IMG/VR virus record: IMGVR_UViG_3300025889_000075
Span: 1 to 64,000 of that record
Direction: 5' to 3' (one strand)
Source: a virus
DNA: 64,000 bases
The notes under the pieces: model-generated
Databases searched by the model: none
Seen by the model: only the letters and a program-made list of their open reading frames with translations
What the model was told of the DNA's origin: nothing
Shown here: in pieces, positions 47,225 through 57,273 of the stretch
Layout: the number at the start of each line of letters is the position of its first letter
Numbering within the stretch: the first letter of the stretch is position 1
Translations under genes and position numbers: made by a program

Positions 47225-48610
47225 ATGACTGCAATTGTCACAAATACATTTAAACAGTTTATGCTGGATAAGATAAAGGCAGACTTCGAAGATTCTGCTA
47301 CAAACGCATATTACATGTGTATTGGTAGGTCTGAAGATTGGAACGCTCAAGACGCTGCTCCTTCATATGACATTAATGATGCTTTGTCATCTATTAGAAA
47401 TTCTAGAAATACTCGTTTAGCACTACAATCAGCAAAAGCAATTACAAACTTATCTTATGTTATTCCAAGATATGATTGGGTGGCAAATACAACTTATCCT
47501 TCTTATGATGATTCAATTGCGAATGTTCCAACGAACGGGTATTATGTTCTTACAGACGAAAACAACGTTTATATCTGTTTGCAACAGGGTAAAGATGGTG
47601 GTGGTGCTGCAGTTAGATCTACAATTAAACCAACGGGAACCACAACTAATCCACTTACTACTGCAGATGGTTATGTTTGGAAATTTATGTATAACATTAG
47701 CACAGGTGATGCTAACAAATATGTTTCAACTAATTTTATTCCCGTTTCTTTCGTTGACTCTGCCGTCTCTTATGTACAAGCAACAGAACAACAACAAAAA
47801 GGAATACAAGATAACGCATTAGCAATTCATCCAAAATCTATTGTAGGGTATGAGATTATTAACAACGGCGCAGGAACATATCCTGCAAGTACAACGCAAA
47901 CAGTTACTATTGTAGGAAACGGTTCTGGCGCACAGGCAACAGCAACAATAGACGCCAACGGAAATATAATTAAAGTCACTGTTGACGATAGTTCTGACGG
48001 AGACAAAAACTTCGGTAAAAATTATGATTATGCTAAAGCAACTGTTGGTGGCGGTGGTTCTGGATCTATTCGTCCAATATTCTCTCCTCTAAAAGGAATT
48101 GGTGGCGATCCAACAGTAGATCTTCGTGCTAATTCTATAATGTTCAACGTTAAAATGGAAGGTAACGAAACTAATACTATCTTAGCATCTAATGATTTTA
48201 GGCAAGTATCTTTGATTAGAAATCCTAAAACTCCTGCTGGCGCTGCTTTCTCAACAACAACTGGTTTGTTCTTGAAGAAGTTAGTATATTCGAATCTTTC
48301 CGGTGGTACTTTTTCGGAAGACGACATTGTAACAGGAGCAACTTCTGGTGCTAAGGGTTTTGTTGATTATAAAGGCGAAACAAATAAACTTTGGTATCAT
48401 CAAAACGATTCTACCGGATATACACCGTTTCAGGGTTCAGAAACTATTTCTAATGGTTCTGGTGTAACTGCTATTCTTCTTGGTTCTAATTTTGATTCTG
48501 CTGCTGACATAGATAAGTTTAGTGGCGATTTGCTGTATACTGATAACCGAGCAGCAATAGACAGAAACGCAGCACAAACTGAAGATCTTAAGATAGTAAT
48601 TAGATTCTAG
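47225..48610 (+). CDS. baseplate wedge gp8
   Basis: VIPRYDW, YYVLT...VYICL, DGYVWKFMY, SG.LLY.DNR....R...Q.ED.K.VI.F. Confidence 0.88.
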   Translation: MTAIVTNTFKQFMLDKIKADFEDSATNAYYMCIGRSEDWNAQDAAPSYDINDALSSIRNSRNTRLALQSAKAITNLSYVIPRYDWVANTTYPSYDDSIANVPTNGYYVLTDENNVYICLQQGKDGGGAAVRSTIKPTGTTTNPLTTADGYVWKFMYNISTGDANKYVSTNFIPVSFVDSAVSYVQATEQQQKGIQDNALAIHPKSIVGYEIINNGAGTYPASTTQTVTIVGNGSGAQATATIDANGNIIKVTVDDSSDGDKNFGKNYDYAKATVGGGGSGSIRPIFSPLKGIGGDPTVDLRANSIMFNVKMEGNETNTILASNDFRQVSLIRNPKTPAGAAFSTTTGLFLKKLVYSNLSGGTFSEDDIVTGATSGAKGFVDYKGETNKLWYHQNDSTGYTPFQGSETISNGSGVTAILLGSNFDSAADIDKFSGDLLYTDNRAAIDRNAAQTEDLKIVIRF

Positions 48611-48619
48611 GGATAAACT

Positions 48620-51600
48620 ATGCCTACAAATTATAATAAGAATTCCTTTTCATCAACCTACAAGGACGATTGGGCAAAGGAACGAGGTTATCATAAAGTT
48701 CTCTTTCATGGAGGTAGGGCACTCCAAGCAAGAGAACTTAATCAGATGCAATCCATTATTCAAGCAGAGATTGCTCGCCTTGGATCTAATTTATTCAAAG
48801 ACGGCGCTTTGGTTAATCCTGGTGGCGCTTCAATTAATAACGCTTACGAATATGTAAGATTAAATTCAGCTGGTGGTCAACCAACAGTATCACACATTGG
48901 AAAAACTTTAACGGGCGCAACGAGCGGTGTTAAGGCAACAGTTGTTCAATATGTTGCTCCACTTCCTGGCGGTAATGATCCAGCAACCTTTTATGTACAA
49001 TATACCGATGACGGCAATCAAACAGATACCTACAAAGCAATTCGTTTTACTGAAGGTGAAGTATTAACATCATCTGGTGGCGCTGGTTCAGTTACGGTAG
49101 AAAGTGCTGGCACAGATCCAAGGATTTATCCAGTTGGACCTGGTTGCTCTATTACGACAACAGAAGGTGATTTCTTTATCTCTGGTCATTTTGTTAATGT
49201 TCCTGGTCAGCAATTAATCCTTTCCAAGTATAGTCCAGCATTTACTGGTGAAGTTGGTTTCCGTTTAGTACAAGACATTGTTACAACATCTGACACAACA
49301 GCGTTGTATGATAATCAGGGTGGATCACCAAACCTTTCTTCTCCTGGGGCAGATCGTTATAGAATTCGATTGATTTTAACTAAGAAAGAACATGTAACTT
49401 CTACACAAACGTATGTACATCTCTGCAGTGTTCAAAACGGTCAAATTACTAAAATTGGAACTGGAACAGATTATCATAAGATCAATGACCTTTTAGCGAA
49501 AAGAACTTATGAAGAATCTGGAGACTATACAGTAAAACCATTTAAGATTAATTTTGAATATGTTGACTCAGCAATTACTGATGCATATTCTCTTAACGTT
49601 TCTCCAGGTGTTGCTTATGTTCGTGGTTATAGAGCAGAATCTCCTGGAAACGTAAAACTTTGGATTCCAAAACCAACGACGACTGAAACTGTTACAGACG
49701 AATATGTTCCTCTTTCTTATAGACAATATGTCTTAGTTAATGGAACAGCAGCTGACGGTAATCGTGGGTTACCGAGTTTGTATAGCACAGTCAATTTATA
49801 TGCTGGCGCTGGTGGAACATCTACAGTAATTGGGACTGCAGCAATCAGACAAATTGAAGCGGATGGTGATAATTATCGTTTGCATTTAATTAATTTATCT
49901 GGCGCGAGTTTAACTTCTGGAACTGGTTTCCGTGATGTTCTTAGTGTTGGTACTGGTACAACTGATTACTTTAATGTTGTACAAACAAATAGCGAATCTA
50001 AGATCATCGGCGATAATTATCGTCAATTTGTGTTCCCTCTTCCAAGACAAAGACCTTCAAGTTTTGGTACAGGCAATTCAGGAAACACTGATATTGTTTT
50101 TACAACACAAAGATTATTCTCCGGAACATCAAACGGTTCTGGACAATTGACAGTATCTGTTTCTGCTACTGGTGAATCTTTAACTGATACAACAAGTTGG
50201 ATTGTTTCTAGTGCTGATTCTGCAGTTAGGTCTTATTCTGTTTCAGGAACAAGCACCTCACAAACATTAACCGGATTGCTTCCAACAACAGCGTATGAAG
50301 TTTTGGCATATGTTCAAAAAGGAAATGGATTACAAAAAGATAAGACATTAACTTCTACCACTTCTACTGGAACTATCGCTGCGGATTCAGATCATTATCT
50401 TGGTCAACCAGACGTCTTTGATATTACTTCTATCAAGGACAGCGCAAACGGCGTTGACATTTCTAACAACTTCGTTTTAAATCGTCAGATCTTCGACGCC
50501 TATTACGGTGAAAGTCGTTTAGATAATTTGACCGGATATGCTGGTCCAGTTTATGCTGCGTTCAGATATTTCGCTCGTGGTGGTTCTGGAGACTTCTATT
50601 CAGTCAACTCTTACTCAGGAATCGATTACGGTAAAATCCCGTTCCATAAATTCAGACATATGCCTGATATGAACGCAAGAGATTTTATCGATTTCCGTCC
50701 AGACTATGTTAATGGATCTTACTCTAATACATTTGATCCACCGAAACAAGGAACAAATATTCTTTCTCCAGTAAGTTATTATCTGCCACGCGCTGATAAA
50801 CTTGTACTTGGTACTGATGGTATTCTTCAATATATTCGTGGTATTCCTGCTAAGGTGCCGTCATTTAAAAAGACGCCAGATGAATCTTTAGAACTTTATA
50901 AGATCATCATGAATGGTAATACCGTAAGCACGAAGGACATGAAAGTTACTCCAATCGAGCATAAGCATTATACCATGAAGGATATTAATGCGATTGAAAA
51001 GAAACTCGATCGTTTGGAAGAAGTTGTTTCTTTAAGTCTTCTTGAAGTTGAAACTAAAAACTTAAACATTCTTGATGGTTCAGGTAATGTTCGTACTAAG
51101 TCAGGTTTCTTTGTAGATAACTTTAGCGATCATGCATTATCTGATACTCGTTCACCAGAATACAGAGCAGCAATTGATCCGATTTCTAAACTTGTACGTC
51201 CTTCATTTAATCGTGAAAATATTCGTTTAATTAAAAACTCAGGACAATCTCGCGGAATTAAGTTTATTGGCGACGTTGCTATTTTGGATTATAACCAGAT
51301 TCTTTGGAACGAAGGTTCTAATGAAATAGCGTCACAATCTGAACCAGTTAATCCATTTATTGTTCCAAATTTCACAGGACAATTAACATTATCTCCTGCT
51401 TCTGATGATTGGAAAGTAACCGAGTTTGAACCAGACAAAGTTATCGATGGTGGTACAAGACTTGATCAAGTTGAAGCAACGGTTTGGAACGAAGAAGAAT
51501 GGGGATGGGCAGGTACTCCAGTTGATGAGTATGATGTTGGTGCTGAACTTTCTCGCACCACAACAGGGACTTCAGTTGGTGATCCAGCTGTAATTGCTGA

Positions 51601-54466
51601 AGCATACAATGTTCCTTATACTCAGGTATTCGGTGACACTTACTGGGGTTCAAATGCTCTAACAGTAACTGCTACAACCACTACAACTACTCAAACGGTT
51701 CAGCGTGTTGTTAGTAACGAGACGATCAAAGAAGTAGTTGGTAATCGTGTTGTACAAACAGCATTTATTCCTTGGATGCGATCTCGTAAAGTTTACTTCA
51801 AGGCAGAAGGTTTGCGTCCAAATACTCAAATGTATGCATACTTTGATGAAAGATCAGTTGCTAATTGGGTAAGAACAGAAAGTTCTTTTGTTAACTATTC
51901 TGATACGACTGGCGATACCAATGATGTTAATGATCATGCTAATCTAACAGAGCATCCGGATGGTAAGACTACATTGTTTACTGACTCAAAGGGCGCGTTG
52001 ATCGGTTCATTCTTTATTCCTTGTAAGAGAATTGGTTCTGCTGCTGGTACGCCTTATAAGAATGACAATTCACCTGATTATCTTAGCGGAAATGCATTCA
52101 AGTCAGGAAATCGTTTATTCAAATTATTAGATACGCCTGTTAACAGTGCTAATAATGCATTATCTAAAGCACAAGCAATGTATTTTTCTTGGGGTACAGT
52201 TGAAACAAGACAAAGAGATATTCTATCAACTCGTGTAGTTGAGTATGTTGAATATGAAGAAACTACTGAAAATACTGTAACAAATACCAGTTATACCTAT
52301 GGATCAACAACAATCGACAATCTTTATGTTGAACCAGATCAAGGGATTAATTCTGGGATTGTAGATGTTGATCAAGGTGGTATCTATATTGGTAGTATCG
52401 AAGCAGGAGATTTTGGTTCTGTTTATGTTAGTACAAATGCTAACATTAGTTCTCAAGTAGATTTTGCTGCGATTGACGCGTCATATGTTAATTCAACAAC
52501 ACCTACTTCTGTTGAAGATCCAGTACAACCTGCAATCTTATCTGACGGTTATCTCGACGCAAACAGTCAAGACGGCGTTGATCCGATTGCTAGTGCTTCT
52601 TCTTATACAACTACAGTTTCCACTAATGATCTACTTATTGGCGCTAATACAGCAGTTCTGACTAATGCTGGCACCAGCTGGACTTCTGGTGGAACAAACA
52701 ATACTACAAATGATGGTTTGCAAACACCAACAACATATCAAAGCACGAACCCATCAACATCAACTCTTGTTGCTGCCTCTGCTTCTAGTGCTGACGCGAA
52801 TCAAAACTATCCTGCTTATTATACTGGATTTGATCAACTTCCACCGCAAAAGGTTGTTACTCAAGAAACTCCTGGATCGAGTGGAAGACTTGCGTATGTA
52901 GATCCTGTCGCACAAACTTTCTTGGTAACTCAACCTGAAGGTATGTTTTTAACTAAAGCAGATCTTTTCTTTGAAACAGTAGACGCAAGTATTCCAGTTA
53001 GGATTGAGATTAGACCAACTGTTAACGGCGTGCCCGATTCAATTCGAGTAGTTCCAGGAAGTCGTGTTACGGTTGCTGGAGCAGACGCAATTGGTATTGC
53101 TAGTGTTGTTTCTAATCCTACAATGGCTGATGTTTTGGCAAGACCAACAACGTTCACGTTTGAAGAACCGATTTATCTTGCTGGTAACACTGAGTATGCA
53201 ATAGTAGTAATTGCACCAAATACGATTAAATACAGAGTTTATGTTTCTGAAATGGAAAAATACGTTTTGGGATCAAACGAAAAACGTTGTATGAATTCAC
53301 AACTCGGGTCTTTCTTTAAGTCTCAAAACTCTATGCTTTGGGAACCATCACAAAGACTCGATATGTGCTATCGTTTATATCGCGCGAACTTCATTAAGGA
53401 CGGTCAACTCAGACTAGAAAACGCAGCAGTAGAAAGAAAGTTGTTGAGAAACAACCCAATTGAATTTACTTCTGGTAGTGCTGTAGTTAGAGTTAATCAT
53501 TCTTATCATGGTTTTATAGCAGGTGATACTGTCAATCTTGCTGGTCTTGATTCAGCAACTTCTTATGGCGGTATTACTGGCGCAAATATTATGGGCAACC
53601 GAACGATTGTAAAAGTTGATCATACGGGTTATACTTTTACTGCAGGTGGAACGGCGAATAGAACTACGATTAGTGGCGGTGAAACAGTTACTGCTACAAG
53701 AAATATGCAGTTTACTCAATGTACACCAAATGTAGATAATATTGTACCTCAAGCAACTTCATTAACAGTTGATGCTAGGTTTACCACTGGTAGATCAATG
53801 GCTGGTGCTGAGACAAGATTCTCCAAAGGGGTTTTTGCTAGAGTTCCTACAAAACTCGCTCGAGTATTTGATAATCCACACATGATTGCAAATGCTGCTC
53901 TAGAATCTTCTAATTTATCTGGTGCCAAATCAGCAGACCTTAATGTCAACTTTAAGACAAACAGTTCTTTCGTTTCTCCTGTGGTTGATCTTCAGAGAAC
54001 TTCTTTGACTGTTGTTCAAAACATGATTGATAATCAGGTGTCTTCTAGTGCTTCGGCGGGAGAAAATGTTCCGATTAATTATATCGCAGAAACTGATGCC
54101 AAGAGAGGATCTTCTCCAGCGAAACATGTTACAAAACCTGTAACACTTGTTGAAGATGCTACTGGTATTAAAACATTGTTAACTGCTAACGTTCCTCCTT
54201 CTGCTAGTTTTGAGGTTTACTATAGAACTACATTAGCAAACGGAACACCGATTGAAGACGTTGCTTGGACTTTACAGGCATCTGAGAATACATTACCAAA
54301 AGATACCAACCCAGATACGTTTAGAGAATATGAATATCTAATGGGTGGTACTGGCGGTACTTTGGCACCGTTTAATCAGTTCCAATTGAAGATTGTTATG
54401 AAGTCTTCTAATAACTGTAGAGTGCCAAAGATTCGTGACTTACGTGCTATTGCTATGGTGGATTAA
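48620..54466 (+). CDS. large virion structural protein (DUF4815/VrlC-like)
   Basis: ALQARELNQMQS, PGADR, LAKRTYEESGDY.V.PF, K.GFFVDNF, DP.AQTF, FQLKIV..P.I.DLR.IA. Confidence 0.85.
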   Translation: MPTNYNKNSFSSTYKDDWAKERGYHKVLFHGGRALQARELNQMQSIIQAEIARLGSNLFKDGALVNPGGASINNAYEYVRLNSAGGQPTVSHIGKTLTGATSGVKATVVQYVAPLPGGNDPATFYVQYTDDGNQTDTYKAIRFTEGEVLTSSGGAGSVTVESAGTDPRIYPVGPGCSITTTEGDFFISGHFVNVPGQQLILSKYSPAFTGEVGFRLVQDIVTTSDTTALYDNQGGSPNLSSPGADRYRIRLILTKKEHVTSTQTYVHLCSVQNGQITKIGTGTDYHKINDLLAKRTYEESGDYTVKPFKINFEYVDSAITDAYSLNVSPGVAYVRGYRAESPGNVKLWIPKPTTTETVTDEYVPLSYRQYVLVNGTAADGNRGLPSLYSTVNLYAGAGGTSTVIGTAAIRQIEADGDNYRLHLINLSGASLTSGTGFRDVLSVGTGTTDYFNVVQTNSESKIIGDNYRQFVFPLPRQRPSSFGTGNSGNTDIVFTTQRLFSGTSNGSGQLTVSVSATGESLTDTTSWIVSSADSAVRSYSVSGTSTSQTLTGLLPTTAYEVLAYVQKGNGLQKDKTLTSTTSTGTIAADSDHYLGQPDVFDITSIKDSANGVDISNNFVLNRQIFDAYYGESRLDNLTGYAGPVYAAFRYFARGGSGDFYSVNSYSGIDYGKIPFHKFRHMPDMNARDFIDFRPDYVNGSYSNTFDPPKQGTNILSPVSYYLPRADKLVLGTDGILQYIRGIPAKVPSFKKTPDESLELYKIIMNGNTVSTKDMKVTPIEHKHYTMKDINAIEKKLDRLEEVVSLSLLEVETKNLNILDGSGNVRTKSGFFVDNFSDHALSDTRSPEYRAAIDPISKLVRPSFNRENIRLIKNSGQSRGIKFIGDVAILDYNQILWNEGSNEIASQSEPVNPFIVPNFTGQLTLSPASDDWKVTEFEPDKVIDGGTRLDQVEATVWNEEEWGWAGTPVDEYDVGAELSRTTTGTSVGDPAVIAEAYNVPYTQVFGDTYWGSNALTVTATTTTTTQTVQRVVSNETIKEVVGNRVVQTAFIPWMRSRKVYFKAEGLRPNTQMYAYFDERSVANWVRTESSFVNYSDTTGDTNDVNDHANLTEHPDGKTTLFTDSKGALIGSFFIPCKRIGSAAGTPYKNDNSPDYLSGNAFKSGNRLFKLLDTPVNSANNALSKAQAMYFSWGTVETRQRDILSTRVVEYVEYEETTENTVTNTSYTYGSTTIDNLYVEPDQGINSGIVDVDQGGIYIGSIEAGDFGSVYVSTNANISSQVDFAAIDASYVNSTTPTSVEDPVQPAILSDGYLDANSQDGVDPIASASSYTTTVSTNDLLIGANTAVLTNAGTSWTSGGTNNTTNDGLQTPTTYQSTNPSTSTLVAASASSADANQNYPAYYTGFDQLPPQKVVTQETPGSSGRLAYVDPVAQTFLVTQPEGMFLTKADLFFETVDASIPVRIEIRPTVNGVPDSIRVVPGSRVTVAGADAIGIASVVSNPTMADVLARPTTFTFEEPIYLAGNTEYAIVVIAPNTIKYRVYVSEMEKYVLGSNEKRCMNSQLGSFFKSQNSMLWEPSQRLDMCYRLYRANFIKDGQLRLENAAVERKLLRNNPIEFTSGSAVVRVNHSYHGFIAGDTVNLAGLDSATSYGGITGANIMGNRTIVKVDHTGYTFTAGGTANRTTISGGETVTATRNMQFTQCTPNVDNIVPQATSLTVDARFTTGRSMAGAETRFSKGVFARVPTKLARVFDNPHMIANAALESSNLSGAKSADLNVNFKTNSSFVSPVVDLQRTSLTVVQNMIDNQVSSSASAGENVPINYIAETDAKRGSSPAKHVTKPVTLVEDATGIKTLLTANVPPSASFEVYYRTTLANGTPIEDVAWTLQASENTLPKDTNPDTFREYEYLMGGTGGTLAPFNQFQLKIVMKSSNNCRVPKIRDLRAIAMVD

Positions 54467-54690
54467 TGAAATTACTTAAAATTGAAGACACAACTTCTTT
54501 CGCTAAAGATGCAGAAACGGGTGCAGTAGTCTCTATAAATAGAAATGATGCCGCGCTCGCGCGCGAGCGAAAGGAAAAAAGAAAACTCGAGCAGTTACAA
54601 CAAGAAGAACTCAACGATAAGGTTAAATCGTTAGAAACTAAAGTTGATCTGATTCAAGAAATGTTAACTAAGATATTAGAGAAAGTATAA
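54466..54690 (+). CDS. small coiled-coil hypothetical protein
   Basis: KD..TGAV..N motif; TAATG coupling on both sides. Confidence 0.75.
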   Translation: MKLLKIEDTTSFAKDAETGAVVSINRNDAALARERKEKRKLEQLQQEELNDKVKSLETKVDLIQEMLTKILEKV

Positions 54691-57260
54691 TGGCAGACCC
54701 TTACGGATACGGTAGACCAACAGATGTCGCATTAACTGATAGCATTAATACTTTTCGTAGAAAGGTTAATCAGATCGGCAACGATATTGGTAATAAATTA
54801 CGATTGGATTCTGGTGCAGATCCTCTTTGGGGATATGTTCCATCATTCCATAGTGATTCAGATCTAGTTGGCGCTCTTTTAGAACTTGATTATCGTATTC
54901 GAGAGCAAGACTCTGACCTTTATTTAAGAACAGATGGTGGCGACCTCTTTATCGTTAATGGGAAAAAAGGTAATGCTATCCACATGCAACTCACGTGGGA
55001 TAGTGCTGCTAATACTGTTGAACTCGATTTTCCTCGTCACACAGTTACTGTAGACGCCGCTGGGGATATTATTCTAGACGCAGACAATGGTAACATTATA
55101 TTCAAAGACGGTGGCACAGAGGACTACAAGTTTGCTACGGACGGTACAATCTCTCGTACTGGGGATTTAACAGTAGATGTAACTGGTAATATTGTTTTAG
55201 ACGCTGATGGTGCAAACATCGACTTTAAAGATGGTGGTGTTGCTCGTATCGAATACGGTCTTGGCGCTACTAATACAATAGCAACCACAGGTAATTTAGC
55301 GGAAACAGTTTCCGGAAATCAAACAACAGATGTTGTTGGATCGATTAAGGATTCCGCTGGTACAACGCACACAATTGTTGCTAAAACCGCTATTGCTCAA
55401 ACTTCAGGCACAACGTTTACCCAAACGTCAGGTGGCAATTTCACTACAAATGTTACAGGTAATGTTTTAATTGACGCCAGCGGCGATATCGTTTTAGATG
55501 CTGATGGCGCAGATATTGATTTTAAAGACGGTGGAACTACTCGTTTTGCATATGGTATGGGTGCCACAAATACATTAGACGTTACTGGTAATTTATCTGA
55601 AACTGTTTCGGGGAATCAAACTACAGATGTCACAGGATCAATCAAAGACTCCGCAGGAACGACGCACACAATTGTTGCAGGAACAGCAATTGTTCAGACA
55701 TCAGGTACAACAACTACGCTTACAGTTGGAAGCAACCACACTGTTAGCGTTGGTGGCAATTCTATTTCCACTGTTACTGGGAATTATACTAATGACGTAA
55801 CTGGATCGATTAAAGATTCTGCGGGCACTTCTCATACAACTGTTGCTGGTACTACAATTGCTCAAACTTCTGGGACAACATTCACACAAACTTCTGGCGG
55901 GAATTTCACCACGAATGTTACTGGAGAATATTTGGTTGATGCTTCTGGTGATATTACTTTAGATGCAAATGGTGGCAACATCTATCTGAAGGATGATGTA
56001 ACACAATTTGGCTCTCTCGCAAATACTGGTGGTGGCAATATTATAATTAAATCAGGCACCTCTACTGTTATGACTGGTAGTGGTGAAAACGCCACATTTA
56101 ATAATAATGTTGACATCGACAACGACCTTACTGTAGATCGAGATGCTCAGGTAACTCGTAATTTAAATGTAGATGGTATAACCACGCTTGATAGTACAAC
56201 AATCGATGGTTCCTTACTTGTTAATGATAGTGCATACATTACCGGTAACTTAGATGTTGGTGGAAATGTAACAGTAACAGGAAGCACTGTTCTTAACGGT
56301 CATGTTGATCTTGGTGACGGAATTGGAGATAATATTTCTATCGTAGGTAGAGTTGATACTAGTATTATTCCTGACGCCGACGGTTCATTAGATCTCGGTA
56401 GTTCTTCTTTAGAATGGCGTAATTTGTATATTGATGGAACTGCCAACATAGACTCATTAGTCGCTGACACTGCAGATATTAATGGTGGAACAATTGATGG
56501 AACTTCAATCGGTAGCAGCAGTCGATCAACTGGTTATTTTACTAATGTAGACGCTAATGGAATTACTACTCTTGATTCTACAACTATCGATGGTTCATTA
56601 ACTGTTAATGATAGCGCGTATGTAACTGGTAATCTGAACATTGGCGGTAACGTTGATATTGCTGGTACGCTAACAGTTGATGGCGTAGTTAATTTCAAAG
56701 CTGGAACAAACGGGTCGGTCACTCTCGGTGATGGAAACACAGACAACGTTGTGTTTAATGCTGATGTTAATTCACACATCATACCGAATACAGATAATAC
56801 CTATGATCTAGGTTCTAGCAGTCAAGAATGGCGTAATTTGTATGTTGATGGAATTGCTAACATTGATTCTTTGGTTGCTGATACTGCAGATATAAACGCT
56901 GGAACAATTGATGGAACTTCAATCGGCGCTAGTTCAGCGTCCACCGGTAACTTTACTACACTTAATGCTAGTGGAATTACTACTCTTGATTCTACAACTA
57001 TCGATGGTTCATTAGATCTAAACGGCGCTGCTGATATATCGGGTAATGTTGTTACTGGTGGAACATTAGTAACTGGAACATCATTAACTACTACAGCGAC
57101 TGATCATGCTGCTGCTATTAACGAATTAGATTCTGATATTGGTATAATTGCTAATATGACAACCACTACCAAGTTAAGTGTTATCGCTGCTATCAATGAA
57201 CTAAATAGTAGAATAATAGACGTTTATGACTCTGCTGGCACATTATTGAATCCAGCATAA
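54690..57260 (+). CDS. fibre protein with internal beta-repeats (whisker/tail fibre)
   Basis: GDI.LDADG..I.FKDGG, GSIKDSAGT.HT x3, DLGSSS.EWRNLY.DG.ANIDSL x2, AINEL. Confidence 0.8.
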   Translation: MADPYGYGRPTDVALTDSINTFRRKVNQIGNDIGNKLRLDSGADPLWGYVPSFHSDSDLVGALLELDYRIREQDSDLYLRTDGGDLFIVNGKKGNAIHMQLTWDSAANTVELDFPRHTVTVDAAGDIILDADNGNIIFKDGGTEDYKFATDGTISRTGDLTVDVTGNIVLDADGANIDFKDGGVARIEYGLGATNTIATTGNLAETVSGNQTTDVVGSIKDSAGTTHTIVAKTAIAQTSGTTFTQTSGGNFTTNVTGNVLIDASGDIVLDADGADIDFKDGGTTRFAYGMGATNTLDVTGNLSETVSGNQTTDVTGSIKDSAGTTHTIVAGTAIVQTSGTTTTLTVGSNHTVSVGGNSISTVTGNYTNDVTGSIKDSAGTSHTTVAGTTIAQTSGTTFTQTSGGNFTTNVTGEYLVDASGDITLDANGGNIYLKDDVTQFGSLANTGGGNIIIKSGTSTVMTGSGENATFNNNVDIDNDLTVDRDAQVTRNLNVDGITTLDSTTIDGSLLVNDSAYITGNLDVGGNVTVTGSTVLNGHVDLGDGIGDNISIVGRVDTSIIPDADGSLDLGSSSLEWRNLYIDGTANIDSLVADTADINGGTIDGTSIGSSSRSTGYFTNVDANGITTLDSTTIDGSLTVNDSAYVTGNLNIGGNVDIAGTLTVDGVVNFKAGTNGSVTLGDGNTDNVVFNADVNSHIIPNTDNTYDLGSSSQEWRNLYVDGIANIDSLVADTADINAGTIDGTSIGASSASTGNFTTLNASGITTLDSTTIDGSLDLNGAADISGNVVTGGTLVTGTSLTTTATDHAAAINELDSDIGIIANMTTTTKLSVIAAINELNSRIIDVYDSAGTLLNPA

Positions 57261-57273
57261 TTTGGAGTAAATA

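Noticed and set aside
55050-57010. DNA repeats in the 856-aa fibre gene as a non-coding array
   Set aside because: They are in-frame protein domain duplications with synonymous divergence.
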